From Candidatus Poseidoniales archaeon (GTDB lineage Archaea; Thermoplasmatota; Poseidoniia; Poseidoniales; Poseidoniaceae): DNA of 64,000 nt. Positions within the stretch are counted from its first letter, which is position 1; each line of letters begins with the position of its first letter. The translations under genes and the position numbers were made by a program. A model generated the notes under the pieces. That model was not told the DNA's origin, did not search any database, and saw only the letters and a list, made by a program, of their open reading frames with translations. Of this stretch, positions 1 through 10,700 are shown piece after piece. Location: contig DUDM01000043.1 in NCBI GenBank assembly GCA_012959275.1, positions 2,910-66,909 on the forward strand, written 5' to 3'.

Positions 1-147
1 GTGGAGATACTGGCGAATTGCCATCGCACCCATTTTGGTCTGCGATTTCCCCAGCTCCTTGGCAGCACTTTTCCATTCATTCAACTCATCCAAGTTACGG
101 GCTTCAATACTGAAGACGGGGCGAGGGTTGGTTCCTTTGCGCGGCAT
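1..147 (-). CDS. Ribbon-helix-helix (CopG/Arc/MetJ-like) DNA-binding protein; start codon at 145-147, C-terminus runs off the window start (partial)
   Basis: Minus-strand translation from the ATG at 147: MPRKGTNPRPVFSIEARNLDELNEWKSAAKELGKSQTKMGAMAIRQYLH. This gives a beta-strand (VFSIEAR) followed by two helices, the RHH pattern. It is not in the ORF track because it has no stop inside the window. Preferred over the poor-looking + strand ORF 1..189. Confidence 0.4.
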   Translation of the reverse strand, partial: MPRKGTNPRPVFSIEARNLDELNEWKSAAKELGKSQTKMGAMAIRQYLH

Positions 148-197
148 CGAAATAATATTCGAAGGCCGACCCTCATAAACAGTTCCTAGGAACTAAA

Positions 198-272
198 TGC
201 TCGTAGCGGGATTCGAACCCGCGTGACCGCCTCGAAAGGGCGGGATGATGGACCGTGCTACACCATACAAGC
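198..272 (-). tRNA. tRNA-Glu (anticodon UUC)
   Basis: Reverse complement folds as a cloverleaf: acceptor GCUUGUA/UACGAGC with a G-U pair, anticodon stem CCGCC/GGCGG with loop CUUUCGA (anticodon UUC), T-arm GCGGG-UUCGAAU-CCCGC, discriminator A, no encoded CCA. The extended D-arm (UGGUGUAGCACGGUCCAUCAU) matches archaeal tRNA-Glu architecture. Confidence 0.8.
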
Positions 273-316
273 AGCAAGCCGCCGGCATGCCTCTCAGCCA
301 TAATATTACCCTTGCT

Positions 317-964
317 TCATTCCTCTTCATCAACAGGTGCAAGACCTTGCCACCATGACCAAGAAACAATTCCAATGCCAATTATTGCTAGCAGGGAGGC
401 CCCCATCAAAAATTCATGATCAACGAACCATGCAAGCCCGTCAAGCACCTTATCTCCATAGATTCCTATTAGTAATGCTTCAACTCCAAAGCGTAGACCT
501 CTACCAAGCAGTCCAGCGATTATGAAAGGCCGTTTTTCCATTTCACCCATTCCTGCTACCCAGCCAAATACCTTGTAGGGAATTGGTGAAAATGCAGCAA
601 TGAATATTCCAAATGTTCCATAGCGCTGGGTGAGTGCTTCTAATTTGAGGACTGCCGAGTCAGATGAATATTTGTCTAGTAGAGTACGCCCCCATTTCCT
701 TCCTAACCAGTAACCGACTAATGAGCCAGCAACACTGCTGATGGTGACTACTAGCCAAAGCCAAATCACAATACTCATTGAATCTTGAGCATTGATTAGT
801 TGTGGGATATACATCAGGTCTGGCGGCACAGGCTGGATAATTGCCTCGGTGAATGAGAGTAATGCGAGGGCTGCTACACCGAATTGGTCGAACCATTCGA
901 GGATTGAATCCTCAAGCCCACCGAGAATGCCCACATAACGATGGGCCGACCTTTGGCATATCAA
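317..964 (-). CDS. DedA / SNARE-associated (TVP38/TMEM64) family membrane protein
   Basis: 215-aa ORF with multiple hydrophobic helices. The N-terminal LEWFDQFGVAALALLSFTEAIIQPVPPDLMYIP matches the DedA-family signature (Y-G-Y..LFLLLFLE...PIPSE). Confidence 0.75.
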   Translation of the reverse strand: MICQRSAHRYVGILGGLEDSILEWFDQFGVAALALLSFTEAIIQPVPPDLMYIPQLINAQDSMSIVIWLWLVVTISSVAGSLVGYWLGRKWGRTLLDKYSSDSAVLKLEALTQRYGTFGIFIAAFSPIPYKVFGWVAGMGEMEKRPFIIAGLLGRGLRFGVEALLIGIYGDKVLDGLAWFVDHEFLMGASLLAIIGIGIVSWSWWQGLAPVDEEE

Positions 965-1020
965 TGCTGATGCCGTGGGGCTTGGAAGAATACAAAAGCA
1001 GGAGGGTTTGAGGGAATGTC

Positions 1021-1497
1021 ATGGTTGATGTGCTGGATACCGCAGCATTGCTGAATTGGCCTGCTGAACGCATATGCTTGGGAATATGCGCTTTTTCCCA
1101 ATTACAGGAATTAGGCCGCTTATCCGAGCCGCGCTTATTGTTGGTCGAAGCAAATCCCCCAGACTTGCAAACTCCTACCAAGGAGGATTTGGAATTAGCC
1201 ATGAAAGCGGCAGCTAAGACTGGCGACCTCGATGGTCTATCTGAAGTCGATTTGGATGTCATGGCTTTGGCCATCAAACATACTGCTATTCTGCATACTG
1301 ATGATTATCGTTTGCAGAATATTGCCAAGGCTTCTGGTATTGCTTATCGCTCAGTTAGTACAAAGGGGATTAGCAGTTCATGGTCTTGGGAGTTACGTTG
1401 TAGTGGTTGCAGGGCAAGCGCAAAGGTTCCAGAAAATACACAGGTGCGGGAATGCGATATATGTGGCTCGCCACAGCAATTGAAACGTGTTCGTTGA
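1021..1497 (+). CDS. nob1: Nob1-like PIN-domain endonuclease with C-terminal zinc ribbon (pre-rRNA 3' end processing)
   Basis: 158 aa. N-terminal PIN-like region (VLDTAALL...DLDVMALAIKH...LHTDDYRLQNIA) followed by CSGC...x15...CDIC, a four-Cys zinc ribbon. This is the archaeal Nob1 architecture. Confidence 0.65.
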   Translation: MVDVLDTAALLNWPAERICLGICAFSQLQELGRLSEPRLLLVEANPPDLQTPTKEDLELAMKAAAKTGDLDGLSEVDLDVMALAIKHTAILHTDDYRLQNIAKASGIAYRSVSTKGISSSWSWELRCSGCRASAKVPENTQVRECDICGSPQQLKRVR

Positions 1498-1498
1498 C

Positions 1499-1807
1499 TT
1501 ACTCATCGGAATCAAGCGCTTCCAAAGCCTCGATTTTGGCCTTCAATTTACTGCTATCCATGCCAGCAGGGTCGATTCCAACCGCTTTTGCGCGCTCGAA
1601 AAGGATTTGTTCAGCAGTTCTTCCACCGGCCTCAAGGTCGGCTTCGGTATCCTTTGGCATTTCCGTTATTTCTTTCAGACCTTTGTGGAATTCACCCTTG
1701 GATTGGCCCAGTGAGCGTGCCATCTTTGGTAGTCGTTCTGCTCCAAATAATATGAAAAAGAAGACTAGGATGATTATCAGTTCTGTAGAGCCAAGTCCGC
1801 CAACCAT
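1499..1807 (-). CDS. tatA: Sec-independent protein translocase TatA/E
   Basis: 102 aa. N-terminal TM helix (LIIILVFFFILFG), then the amphipathic FG..RLPK.ARSLGQSKGEFHKG motif typical of TatA, then an acidic tail. Confidence 0.8.
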   Translation of the reverse strand: MVGGLGSTELIIILVFFFILFGAERLPKMARSLGQSKGEFHKGLKEITEMPKDTEADLEAGGRTAEQILFERAKAVGIDPAGMDSSKLKAKIEALEALDSDE

Positions 1808-1858
1808 CTTCCTTCCTCACCTTCCCGTCATAGATTGAACCTTCAAACATTGCTATGT

Positions 1859-2092
1859 TTAACCCCCAGAAAGGGGCGGAAGCAAAGCAACCTCCATCCC
1901 TTCAGTGAGTATTGAATCAGATGTTGCCATCTCGCCGTTAATTGCAAATGCTAAGCCAGCAGTATTCCAAACTTCGATTCCTAATTGTGATACCAAATCA
2001 ATAATTCTCGCTGCATCAGGCAATATCACTTGCCTATTTCTCCAGCCAAGCGCCTCAGCCAGCGGCCCAAAGCATAGAACTTCTATGTGCAT
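1859..2092 (-). CDS. MoaD/ThiS-family small sulfur-carrier / SAMP-like protein
   Basis: 77 aa, beta-grasp-like sequence ending in the diglycine ...LPPLSGG* that characterises MoaD/ThiS/SAMP carriers. Confidence 0.6.
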   Translation of the reverse strand: MHIEVLCFGPLAEALGWRNRQVILPDAARIIDLVSQLGIEVWNTAGLAFAINGEMATSDSILTEGMEVALLPPLSGG

Positions 2093-2169
2093 GTTATTGT
2101 CGAGTGGCTTCGACTTTTTCAGTGTGTGTCATGATTTTGCTTATTCACTGCTACCTCTTCGCAGCCTGC

Positions 2170-2865
2170 ATGGCGACAGTATTGGAAGGGCGCGGTCTTT
2201 GGAAGATTTACCAAAGTGGTTCAAACAAGATTGAGGCTTTGAGAGAAATTTCATTGACTATTGAGGCAGGTGAAATGGTTGCAATCATGGGTCCAAGTGG
2301 TTGTGGCAAGACCACGCTGTTGAACTGTTTGAGCGGTCTTGATGAATTGACTGCGGGTGAAGTATTGGTTGAAGGTATTTCTTTGACAGCCTCGGATGAT
2401 AAGCATCGAACAAATGTCCGAGGCAGAAATCTTGGCTTCATTTTTCAGAGTTTTAATCTGATTCCAGTACTAACGGCGGTTGAGAATGTCGAGATGCCTC
2501 TTCTTTTACAAGGAATTCCGGCCAAAGAGGCACGTCAACGTTCCTTAGATGCCCTGGATTTAGTTGGCCTGAAGAACTGGTCCACCCATCGCCCGATGGA
2601 GTTGAGCGGAGGGCAGCGACAAAGAGTCACCATTGCCAGAGCCTTTGTCCACGAACCAGCCGTTATTCTGGGGGATGAGCCTACCGGAAATCTCGATACC
2701 CGTACCAGCAACGAGGTCATGGATTTGTTATTCGAATTGAATGCAGAACGCGGCACTACGCTGCTAGTGGTAACTCATGATTCGGAAATTGCTGCCCGCT
2801 GTAGTCGAATCTTGCACATGGAAGACGGTTTAATCGTCAGGGATGAGAAAAGCGAAGAGGAATGA
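2170..2865 (+). CDS. ABC transporter ATP-binding protein, MacB/LolD/FtsE type
   Basis: Walker A GPSGCGKTT, Q-loop, ABC signature LSGGQRQRVTIARA, Walker B ILGDEPTGNLD, H-loop VTHD. Start placed at the internal ATG (MATVLEGRGLWKIY) rather than the ORF-track start at 2104. Directly upstream of the FtsX-type permease. Confidence 0.85.
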   Translation: MATVLEGRGLWKIYQSGSNKIEALREISLTIEAGEMVAIMGPSGCGKTTLLNCLSGLDELTAGEVLVEGISLTASDDKHRTNVRGRNLGFIFQSFNLIPVLTAVENVEMPLLLQGIPAKEARQRSLDALDLVGLKNWSTHRPMELSGGQRQRVTIARAFVHEPAVILGDEPTGNLDTRTSNEVMDLLFELNAERGTTLLVVTHDSEIAARCSRILHMEDGLIVRDEKSEEE

Positions 2866-2874
2866 GGTGTTCTA

Positions 2875-5800
2875 ATGTCTGAAACGCTCGTATTATCTGT
2901 TGGCTTAGGCCTGCATTTACTATGGGTTTGCGTTGCGCAATTTGTTACTAATCCTAGTACTAGGTCATTGAATTGGAAGAAGCATCTATTGGTCATTTTT
3001 TCTGTTCCTTTGATTTCTGTGCTGAGTCTTTGGTTAACTTTGGAGATGGGCGTATTCACCGCTTTTTGTTTTTCTTTAATGGTGGGTATTCTACTACACC
3101 AGGGCTTGTTGGTTGTTCTTTCTCCTCGCCATTTGGTGCTTTGGCGCTTGGCTTGGAATAATTTGGTTCGGCGTCGCCGCAATACCGCCTTGATGATGAT
3201 TGGACTTTTGGTTGGTGCCGCGATGGTCTCCTCTAGTCTAGTAGTTGGAGATTCGATGGATGCTACGATTAGTGCTGAAGTTCTGCTCCGTAGTGACACA
3301 TCCGACCTGCAAATTTCGGGGAGAGACCCTTTGACCGGTGCATTGCGGGAGTTGAATGAATCACGAATGCGTGAATTTGGTGAATTTCTGTTCAGTGATT
3401 CAAAATCACGAGAACATATCGACGGTTTTTCTATCAGTCGTAAGAAGTCGATATCCGTCATCAATGAGGCTGCATCCTTGGCTGAACCGGATGCACATTG
3501 GTGGGCTAGCGATCCGACTTTGGATGGCGCAGGTGGTTGGAGTTCAATCGGAGGAGTCTCATATTCTCAATTAGCCCATGAGGAATCAGTCCTTGGTCGT
3601 TCGATTTTTATCATCAACGAGGTCCTAGCAGATGAGGTCGGAGCAGGGCCTGGAGATACATTACTCATCAGTTGGAGTAGTTATGATGAAGATTATGTGC
3701 GAACAGATTATTCTGAAAATGTAGAGATTTGGAAGGTTGTGCCGATGCAAGGTGCGGCTGCTATTCAAGGCTCAAAGGGTGGTGTCATCTTTTCCACTCT
3801 TGCATCTGCCCAAGCCTTACAGGATGCTCAATCCTTGGTCAATATAATTCGCATTTCTGCAACTGGGGGCATCGATGATAGCCTTGATGCTGAGAAACTT
3901 CTCTATCCGCATGTTAGCCGCATCTTGGATGAGGCACTAGTGGCGCAAGATGCGTGGCTATTCACCGAAGGAGACCTTGACCTTGGCATCATCTCTCTCG
4001 TTAAATCCAGTCCTGTTTCGCGTCTTTCAGGCGAGCAGGTTAATGATTTGCGCAATAATTCAGTCGAGATGCTTGGCGAAACAGAAATCACCGAATTATT
4101 GCAGGCGCCCTTATTCGGGCTACGCTCAGCCGCAGGGCAAATTTTGACAGGATTACTTAGTAAGGAAATCAATGCGATAATTCCGGACGGGTCTGCAACA
4201 TGGTACATCCACCCAGAAGGCGTTAGCCGAGAATCAAACTTGGGAATATGGAATACTTGGCAGGTGCCGAATGGAACGCTATTACGCGATTACCAATTAT
4301 TAGAGGACGGGTTAGCAGTTTACCATGACGATGGAGTCGTCTTACTCGATGAGAATGCAGAGGAATTAGAATGGGGCGAATGGGACGAAAGCGACGAAAG
4401 TGACGATAATGCCTCTCCCCTCAAACTTAATGTGGGCTTTAACGATTCATTATATTCTCTATTTTTGCTTGATTCCATGCCATCTGTCTCGGACGGTTTG
4501 CAGTTAATTTCCCCAGATGCATGGAATTATGAAGTTCAAAATGCAGCCTTGTACAATACCTCCGAGGGCTTGGTAACCCACCTTGAAGGACTCCTGAAAA
4601 TTGAGACTTGGTTATTCGATGGAACTTGGCAATTACTCGCCGATGGCCCACAACATAAAATTGCAATAATCAACTCGCAGTTATTCATTGACGAAGGTCA
4701 AGGATATACCAACTTAGCAAATCAAACAACTACAGATTTAGGCCTACCAGAACTTGAGATTCTAAGTTTTAGCGGCTCTGACCTGATGCTCAGCGATTCA
4801 AGCATTTGGACCTTAAACAATAGTTTCACCAATACATCAATTGTATTAGACGATAAATGTGATGGGAATGCTTTTTTGAGGACAGAGGAATTGAGGTGTA
4901 CTACCTCATTTGGGGTCATAGTTGTTGAGGATGGAGAGAGCAGCATTAGATTACCAACCACGACAGAGTTAGAGGGGCTTGGAAAGATTCCCCTTTTGGT
5001 TATCGCTTCAAATTCTAATGCTGATTTGCCGGCTGTAAATGAAACTGAAGTTCGTCTAAGTTCTTGGGCAAATGAAGCACTACAAGGCCAAGATGGCGTG
5101 ACATTGGTTGGTGCATTTTCTGCCAGTCGCGGTAATACAACTGGAATTTTATTGGTTATCGGCGATGAAATACCTCTTATTCCTACTGTCCCAGGCCAGC
5201 CCGGAATCGCCGATGTTATCGTCGGCGTTGTCAACTTCAGTGTTGCAGAGCGATTGGCTTCAGCCGATGTTGATGAAAGAAATCTGCTAATGTTTAGTAG
5301 TTCAAATCTAAAACAACAATTTACCATGGATGCAGCCCTTGCCAACTTGCAGATTTGGATGGATGAAGAGGCTGACCAAGAAAGCGCGGGAATAATGGTT
5401 AACCGCGTTAAAAAAGAAGGTCTTGAGAATTCCAAAATGGCAAGTGGGAGCCTATCTGCTTTATTCATCGTATTCGGTTCTTTTACCATGTTAGCTGGAA
5501 TGTTGCTAGTTGTCAACATCTTCGTGATGCTTGCTGAGGAACGCAAAGTGGAGATGGGAATGATTCGAGCCCTTGGCTTACAACGCCCTGACCTGCGGGC
5601 ATTATTCGTTTTGGAAGGCTCTTTGGCTGCTGCTATCTCCAGCATCATCGGCTCGATTGTAGGATTATTCATCGGCTGGATTGTCGCAACCGGATTCGCC
5701 TGGGCCCTTTCCTCTCTTGATGGTGCATTCGTCTATGCATGGACATGGTCAAGCGTTATTGCTGGGGCAGCAGTTGGCTTCCTTGTCTCTTGGGCTTCAC

Positions 5801-7581
5801 TCTGGGCAACTGCAATGCGCAATAGCCGCCTCAATGTTGTTGCCGCAATGAGGAACTTGCCGCCTACAAGAGAAGACGGTCCTGCATGGTGGTCATGGCT
5901 ACTTCTAATCGGCCTAACTGGTTCCTCTTTGCTTTGTGTTGCTTGGTTTTTCCTCGGGGCAAGGGATTCGGCATTTGGGCATGGTCTTTGGAACCTTTCT
6001 GGTATTCTTGCATTACTCGGTGGAATTCCATTACTCCTCTATAATCTACCAAGCCTACTTTCCAATAAATTCACTCTTGCCGCAAAACTTCAGAGAAACT
6101 GTGCCCGAAACACCATGGCCGTTCTGGGTATTTCTCTAATTTTATGGGTCATGCTACCTGATTGGATTGACCCATTCCGCAAGGATTTGCTGCCAAATGA
6201 GTTCTCATTCATCGTGGTCGGCATCTCAAGTGTTGCTGCTGGTGTCATGCTCCTAACCTCAGTTGCACCCTTGTTGGCATCTGCAGTTGGACGTGCTGCA
6301 ACTGTCACAAAGCGTATTGGCCCTGTTGTGCCAACTGCCCTCGCTTATCCTCTTGCAACTCCATTCCGAACCGCATTAACTCTTGGAATGTTTAGCCTAA
6401 CGGTGTTCTCTGTTGTAGTACTGGCCGGATATAGCGCCCAATTTGAGTCTTATAGTGAATCATTTGTGGATGACGTTTCGGGAGACTTTGACCTCTTAGG
6501 AACAACTTCCTCTTGGGACCGACCTCTTCCATTGGAGGGAGGTTACGAAACGTGGGATTGGCCAGCAGATGTTCAAGCAGATGATTTCGACGGCATTGGA
6601 GTAGTTTCTCTAGGGGTTGTCAGATATGCCGATGCCGAGGATATCAATGCCGGTGAGACTGAACGAGTTCAACTGATTAGAGGAATAGATTCTGGTTTTG
6701 CTGAGCATGGGGGCTTACCACTCCACATCTGGGATCCCGCACTTGGGGATGATGAAAAGTCGGCTTGGCAAGCAGTTGCAAGCAATCCTAATTTAGCAAT
6801 CCTCGACGCCTCTTTTGGCATGGAATTTCAAGGTGCAGTTGACGAATCATCACCATTTTATCAACTCACTTTTTCAATTGGAGATTCGATTTTAGCAATT
6901 GACCCCGAAAACCCATCAATAAGCAAAGAGTTCACTGTAGTAGGCTTCCTTGATGAGGGCTCATTATGGTCGGCTCCAGGCATCTGGGTCAACCACTTAA
7001 GCAGTGCTGAGGAATTTGGTGCAAGATACACAAGATTGTACCTTTCTGTACCGGAAGGAACTAGCATGCAAGAAAAGGAAGAACTCGTTGAAGCAATGGA
7101 AAGAGGTTTCATCGATGACGGCATGGAAGTAGAAATCATTGAAGTCAGCGTAAAGGAGTTCCAGAGCGTTTTATTTGGCATTTTCAATATCTTCCAATCT
7201 TATTTGATGCTTGGCCTAGTTGTAGGCATCGCTGGATTAGGAATAGTTACTATCCGTTCAGTCAGCGAACGTTCTCACCAAACGGGAATCTTACGGGCTA
7301 TTGGATTCCAGCGAAGAATGGTAGTGGCAGGATACATTTTAGAATTAAGTTGGATCAGTTTGCTTGGAATTTTGAATGGTGTTGTTATCGGTATTGGATT
7401 CCATTGGTACCTCTATGACCGGTTTTGGCGCTCTGAAGGAGCTGAATTCACCATGCCTTGGCTTTCAATAGTTTCCATTATCCTTGCTGCATGGCTACTT
7501 GTATTGTTGGTTACAGCACTGCCTGTTCGACGTGCTGCGGCCATACGTCCGGCTGAAGCATTGCGTGAATTAACTTCTTAG
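2875..7581 (+). CDS. Giant ABC transporter permease with two FtsX/MacB-type modules and very large extracytoplasmic domains (1568 aa)
   Basis: N-terminal MacB-type start (LAWNNLVRRRRNTALMMIGLLVGAAMVSS). An extracytoplasmic domain of about 700 aa. First FtsX domain (MIRALGLQRPDLRALFVLEGSLAAAISSIIGSIVGLFIGWIVA). More TM helices and a second extracytoplasmic domain of about 280 aa. C-terminal FtsX domain (ILRAIGFQRRMVVAGYILELSWISLLGILNGVVIGIGF). Adjacent to the ABC ATPase. Confidence 0.8.
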   Translation: MSETLVLSVGLGLHLLWVCVAQFVTNPSTRSLNWKKHLLVIFSVPLISVLSLWLTLEMGVFTAFCFSLMVGILLHQGLLVVLSPRHLVLWRLAWNNLVRRRRNTALMMIGLLVGAAMVSSSLVVGDSMDATISAEVLLRSDTSDLQISGRDPLTGALRELNESRMREFGEFLFSDSKSREHIDGFSISRKKSISVINEAASLAEPDAHWWASDPTLDGAGGWSSIGGVSYSQLAHEESVLGRSIFIINEVLADEVGAGPGDTLLISWSSYDEDYVRTDYSENVEIWKVVPMQGAAAIQGSKGGVIFSTLASAQALQDAQSLVNIIRISATGGIDDSLDAEKLLYPHVSRILDEALVAQDAWLFTEGDLDLGIISLVKSSPVSRLSGEQVNDLRNNSVEMLGETEITELLQAPLFGLRSAAGQILTGLLSKEINAIIPDGSATWYIHPEGVSRESNLGIWNTWQVPNGTLLRDYQLLEDGLAVYHDDGVVLLDENAEELEWGEWDESDESDDNASPLKLNVGFNDSLYSLFLLDSMPSVSDGLQLISPDAWNYEVQNAALYNTSEGLVTHLEGLLKIETWLFDGTWQLLADGPQHKIAIINSQLFIDEGQGYTNLANQTTTDLGLPELEILSFSGSDLMLSDSSIWTLNNSFTNTSIVLDDKCDGNAFLRTEELRCTTSFGVIVVEDGESSIRLPTTTELEGLGKIPLLVIASNSNADLPAVNETEVRLSSWANEALQGQDGVTLVGAFSASRGNTTGILLVIGDEIPLIPTVPGQPGIADVIVGVVNFSVAERLASADVDERNLLMFSSSNLKQQFTMDAALANLQIWMDEEADQESAGIMVNRVKKEGLENSKMASGSLSALFIVFGSFTMLAGMLLVVNIFVMLAEERKVEMGMIRALGLQRPDLRALFVLEGSLAAAISSIIGSIVGLFIGWIVATGFAWALSSLDGAFVYAWTWSSVIAGAAVGFLVSWASLWATAMRNSRLNVVAAMRNLPPTREDGPAWWSWLLLIGLTGSSLLCVAWFFLGARDSAFGHGLWNLSGILALLGGIPLLLYNLPSLLSNKFTLAAKLQRNCARNTMAVLGISLILWVMLPDWIDPFRKDLLPNEFSFIVVGISSVAAGVMLLTSVAPLLASAVGRAATVTKRIGPVVPTALAYPLATPFRTALTLGMFSLTVFSVVVLAGYSAQFESYSESFVDDVSGDFDLLGTTSSWDRPLPLEGGYETWDWPADVQADDFDGIGVVSLGVVRYADAEDINAGETERVQLIRGIDSGFAEHGGLPLHIWDPALGDDEKSAWQAVASNPNLAILDASFGMEFQGAVDESSPFYQLTFSIGDSILAIDPENPSISKEFTVVGFLDEGSLWSAPGIWVNHLSSAEEFGARYTRLYLSVPEGTSMQEKEELVEAMERGFIDDGMEVEIIEVSVKEFQSVLFGIFNIFQSYLMLGLVVGIAGLGIVTIRSVSERSHQTGILRAIGFQRRMVVAGYILELSWISLLGILNGVVIGIGFHWYLYDRFWRSEGAEFTMPWLSIVSIILAAWLLVLLVTALPVRRAAAIRPAEALRELTS

Positions 7582-7693
7582 TTCCTATCAAAACCTCATC
7601 AATACTCACAAATCATCACCCAAAATCATCAGAAAAGAAGTTGCAAAGCCGGGAAAATGTAATTTATCTTTCCCAAATATTACTAAAATCCGC

Positions 7694-7708
7694 CTATACT
7701 ATAAATAC
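7694..7708 (+). promoter_or_regulatory. Putative archaeal TATA box/BRE for the 7758 surface-protein gene; GGAGG ribosome-binding site at 7746-7750
   Basis: ccgCCTATACTATAAATACgg lies about 50 nt upstream of the ATG at 7758, in an A/T-rich intergenic region. GGAGG sits 8 nt upstream of the start codon. Confidence 0.35.
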
Positions 7709-7757
7709 GGCAGGGTCTGTGCACGAAGGCACCGACTAATAGGTTGGAGGACTGAAT

Positions 7758-10700
7758 ATGAAGAATATTGTGCCAATGACACTGATTCTGCTGATGTTTG
7801 CGAGTGTATTCGCGAACACAGCATGGATTGAAATGAATGAGAATGAAATGGACGGGGCTGCTGATGGACGTGCTGACGATGATGTCGGCATACTAGGCAT
7901 CCTTGAGCCAAGAGCGACCAAGACCGATACAATGACCGGAGAACTTCGGAACACTGTAAAGGCCGGTGATGAAGTTAACTTCGTCGTTTCTGTGAAGAAC
8001 CATGGAACCAACAATGTGACTGAGATGAATATCGAAGCCACCATCTATCTTGCAGATGGAACTGTTGCCACGGATTTTGCAGGAAATGACTTAACTTGGT
8101 TAGATGCAGTTATCTGTGATGATGCACAATCATGTCCAGTTCAGTCGTTGGCTGCTGGAGCATACCTTAACGGTGGTTCATACTCCGTTAGAGATGCATC
8201 AGGCGCTGCTATTGCATGGGCTGCACCACTTGGTGCTTACACAATCGCAATTGAACTCGATGTAATGAGTGGCGATGATGATATCACCAATGATGAATTC
8301 ACTGTTGACATCACAGTTGTTAACTGGTATGACATTGCTATTGACCTTGAATGGAATCCTTCCGTCGAACAGGCTGAAGGCGCTGGGCCTCATGATTTCA
8401 CACTGACTGTCTCCACAGATGGTTCTGAAGAATGGTCTGCTCGCAGTGTAGTCGTCGACTTGATGATAACTGGAGCCGCATTAGATACTGCAGTTGACGG
8501 TGATGGCAATGATATCAAAGGAACCACTACTCACGAAACCGGAACTTCTCAAATAGTGGACGTCTTCTTTAACGAGAGTGCTCCATGTGACGACCCAGGA
8601 CCTGACAATATTACTGGTACTGCTGACGATGGACCTTGTGATGCACGCAACGGTAATGGTAGTAGATTAGTTATCGATTACCAAGACTCTTGGACCTACT
8701 CAGGAACAGTAACACCAGATGCTAATGCAAATGGTGGCTACCAAGTTGAGGCAGCTCTAGTTAACTACACACTGTACGGAGCCGCAGCAGAGTGTCAAGA
8801 ATCTGGCGAGGTAACGATAGACAATGGGCCTGATGGAATTGAAGGAACTGAAGATGATATTAGAGAGATTAGAACATTCATGAATATTTGTGAAGTTCCA
8901 GTTGAAACCGATGACAATAACTCAAACAATGAAGATAAAATCACTGGATTCATCGGTTCTTACCACAACATTGGGGTATCTAGCCTCGTCATTGCACAAG
9001 GATACGATTCCACCGGTAATGGTGAAGCAACCTCGATGCGTGGGGACCAAGATGAAATTGATGTTGGATTTAGTCGATTACATGCAATGGTAGAACACCG
9101 TGGTTCATCTGGCACAGGTCCTTATGATTGGGAAGTTACCTTCGTAGTGACGGATGTATATGACAATAACTCTGTCGTTGCAACTTACACTGCTGATGAA
9201 TGTCCTGCTGGAGTAGCACCTCCTTATACACACCTAGACCTCGGTGAGGGACTGACTGCACAACCTGCAGGATATGCATGTTCATCCCACGAATTCGATT
9301 CTGGAACCTACAAGATTACAGCAACAGTCGCAATGGTCAATCCAACCAACCCTGACGAGAGCAGCGTTGACGATTCACAAACTGCAACAGTTGAAGCACG
9401 TAATCACGACCCAGTCATCAGCCTATCATTGACTAGCGAGGGCGACATTGTAGTTGGAGACATTGTTTCCTTCGACGTCAGTGCTTTCGATGCTGAGGAT
9501 ATTACTGGAGAGAGTTTGACTTACTCATGGAGCCGCATTACCACAGACAGCATGAGCGTAGATATCGGTGAATGCAGTCCGAGTGATGATGGCGCTGGTG
9601 GATTAACCAAAGGAGAGCGCACTTGTGCAGTACCTGTTGATGGTTCATGGGCAACGACTCTACCAGTCACTGTCAAGGTCACCGACCCACATGGTGGAGA
9701 AGCATCCGATAAGGTCGATCTAAAAGTTTGGAACAGGCAGGTTGCAGAAGCAACAGCAGCAAGTGATGCAGTTAGCATTTCATATGACCTAACATACATG
9801 GCAGTTGCAGATTTCAGTATCACCGCTTCCGACTCTGCTGCGATCGAGGGAGTCCTACTTGGAAACTCCGAGGAAGGCGCAGATTCAGTCTACGTTATTG
9901 ACTACGCACCTGTGACCAACTACGGCCCTGGAGATGTAGGCAGCAATGCTTTGTCAATCACCTTCCCTGGAAGCAGCACCGAAGATTACAGCCTATGGTA
10001 TCAATATCCAGGCCAAGATTGGATTCTTCTTGATGGAGAGGCAGAGCAAGATGGTGCGACCAACATGAAGTTGGAATGGGTCAATCTTACCTCTGGAACG
10101 CTCAATAATGGTTTATTGGGAATCTTCAATGCAGCAGCTGGAACTGGCGCTGTACCAGCCAATGGAGTTAGCAATGCAATTGGTGTTAACATGGCAGGCG
10201 GTCTAATCGCTGTTCAGTGGACACTCGAGAATGGTGGCGTAGACCTTCTAAGCGGTGATAAGATTCAAATCTGTAGCGTTACTAATGCAAATGAGACTTG
10301 TACCAGTGTTGATAAGGATGCAACTCAGCACCTTCTAACTGGTACACACGGGCAGGTCTTCGATGTCACTGTGAGTGTAATCAATGTTAATGGAGCAAAT
10401 GCAAATGTCAAAACTTTCACTACTACTGCTGATGCAGAAGTATCACCTGTACCGACTACTACATTCGGTTCCATTGCAAATGGAAGCACCGCTTGGACTT
10501 TCACCATAACCACCGCTGATGCTGGAAATGCAGTAAAGTTGTACGTTTGTTGGAAGGATTCTACATACGAGGCATCCCAGTTGACCCCTGATGATTTGAG
10601 TTGTCAGCCAATGGATATTGCAGATGCTAGTGTTGATATTACCAAGCCATCAGTCACCTCCGAGACCGTTTACCACTTCTCTATATTCGCAGAGGATAGT

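Noticed and set aside
1-189. Plus-strand 62-aa ORF at the window start
   Set aside because: Its translation has no recognisable features and it overlaps a much more protein-like RHH reading frame on the minus strand. Treated as a shadow ORF.
2775-5672. Minus-strand ORFs (229 aa at 2775-3464, 316 aa at 4722-5672, others) inside the giant permease gene
   Set aside because: Fully embedded antisense to a well-supported 1568-aa ABC permease. Low-complexity translations typical of shadow frames.
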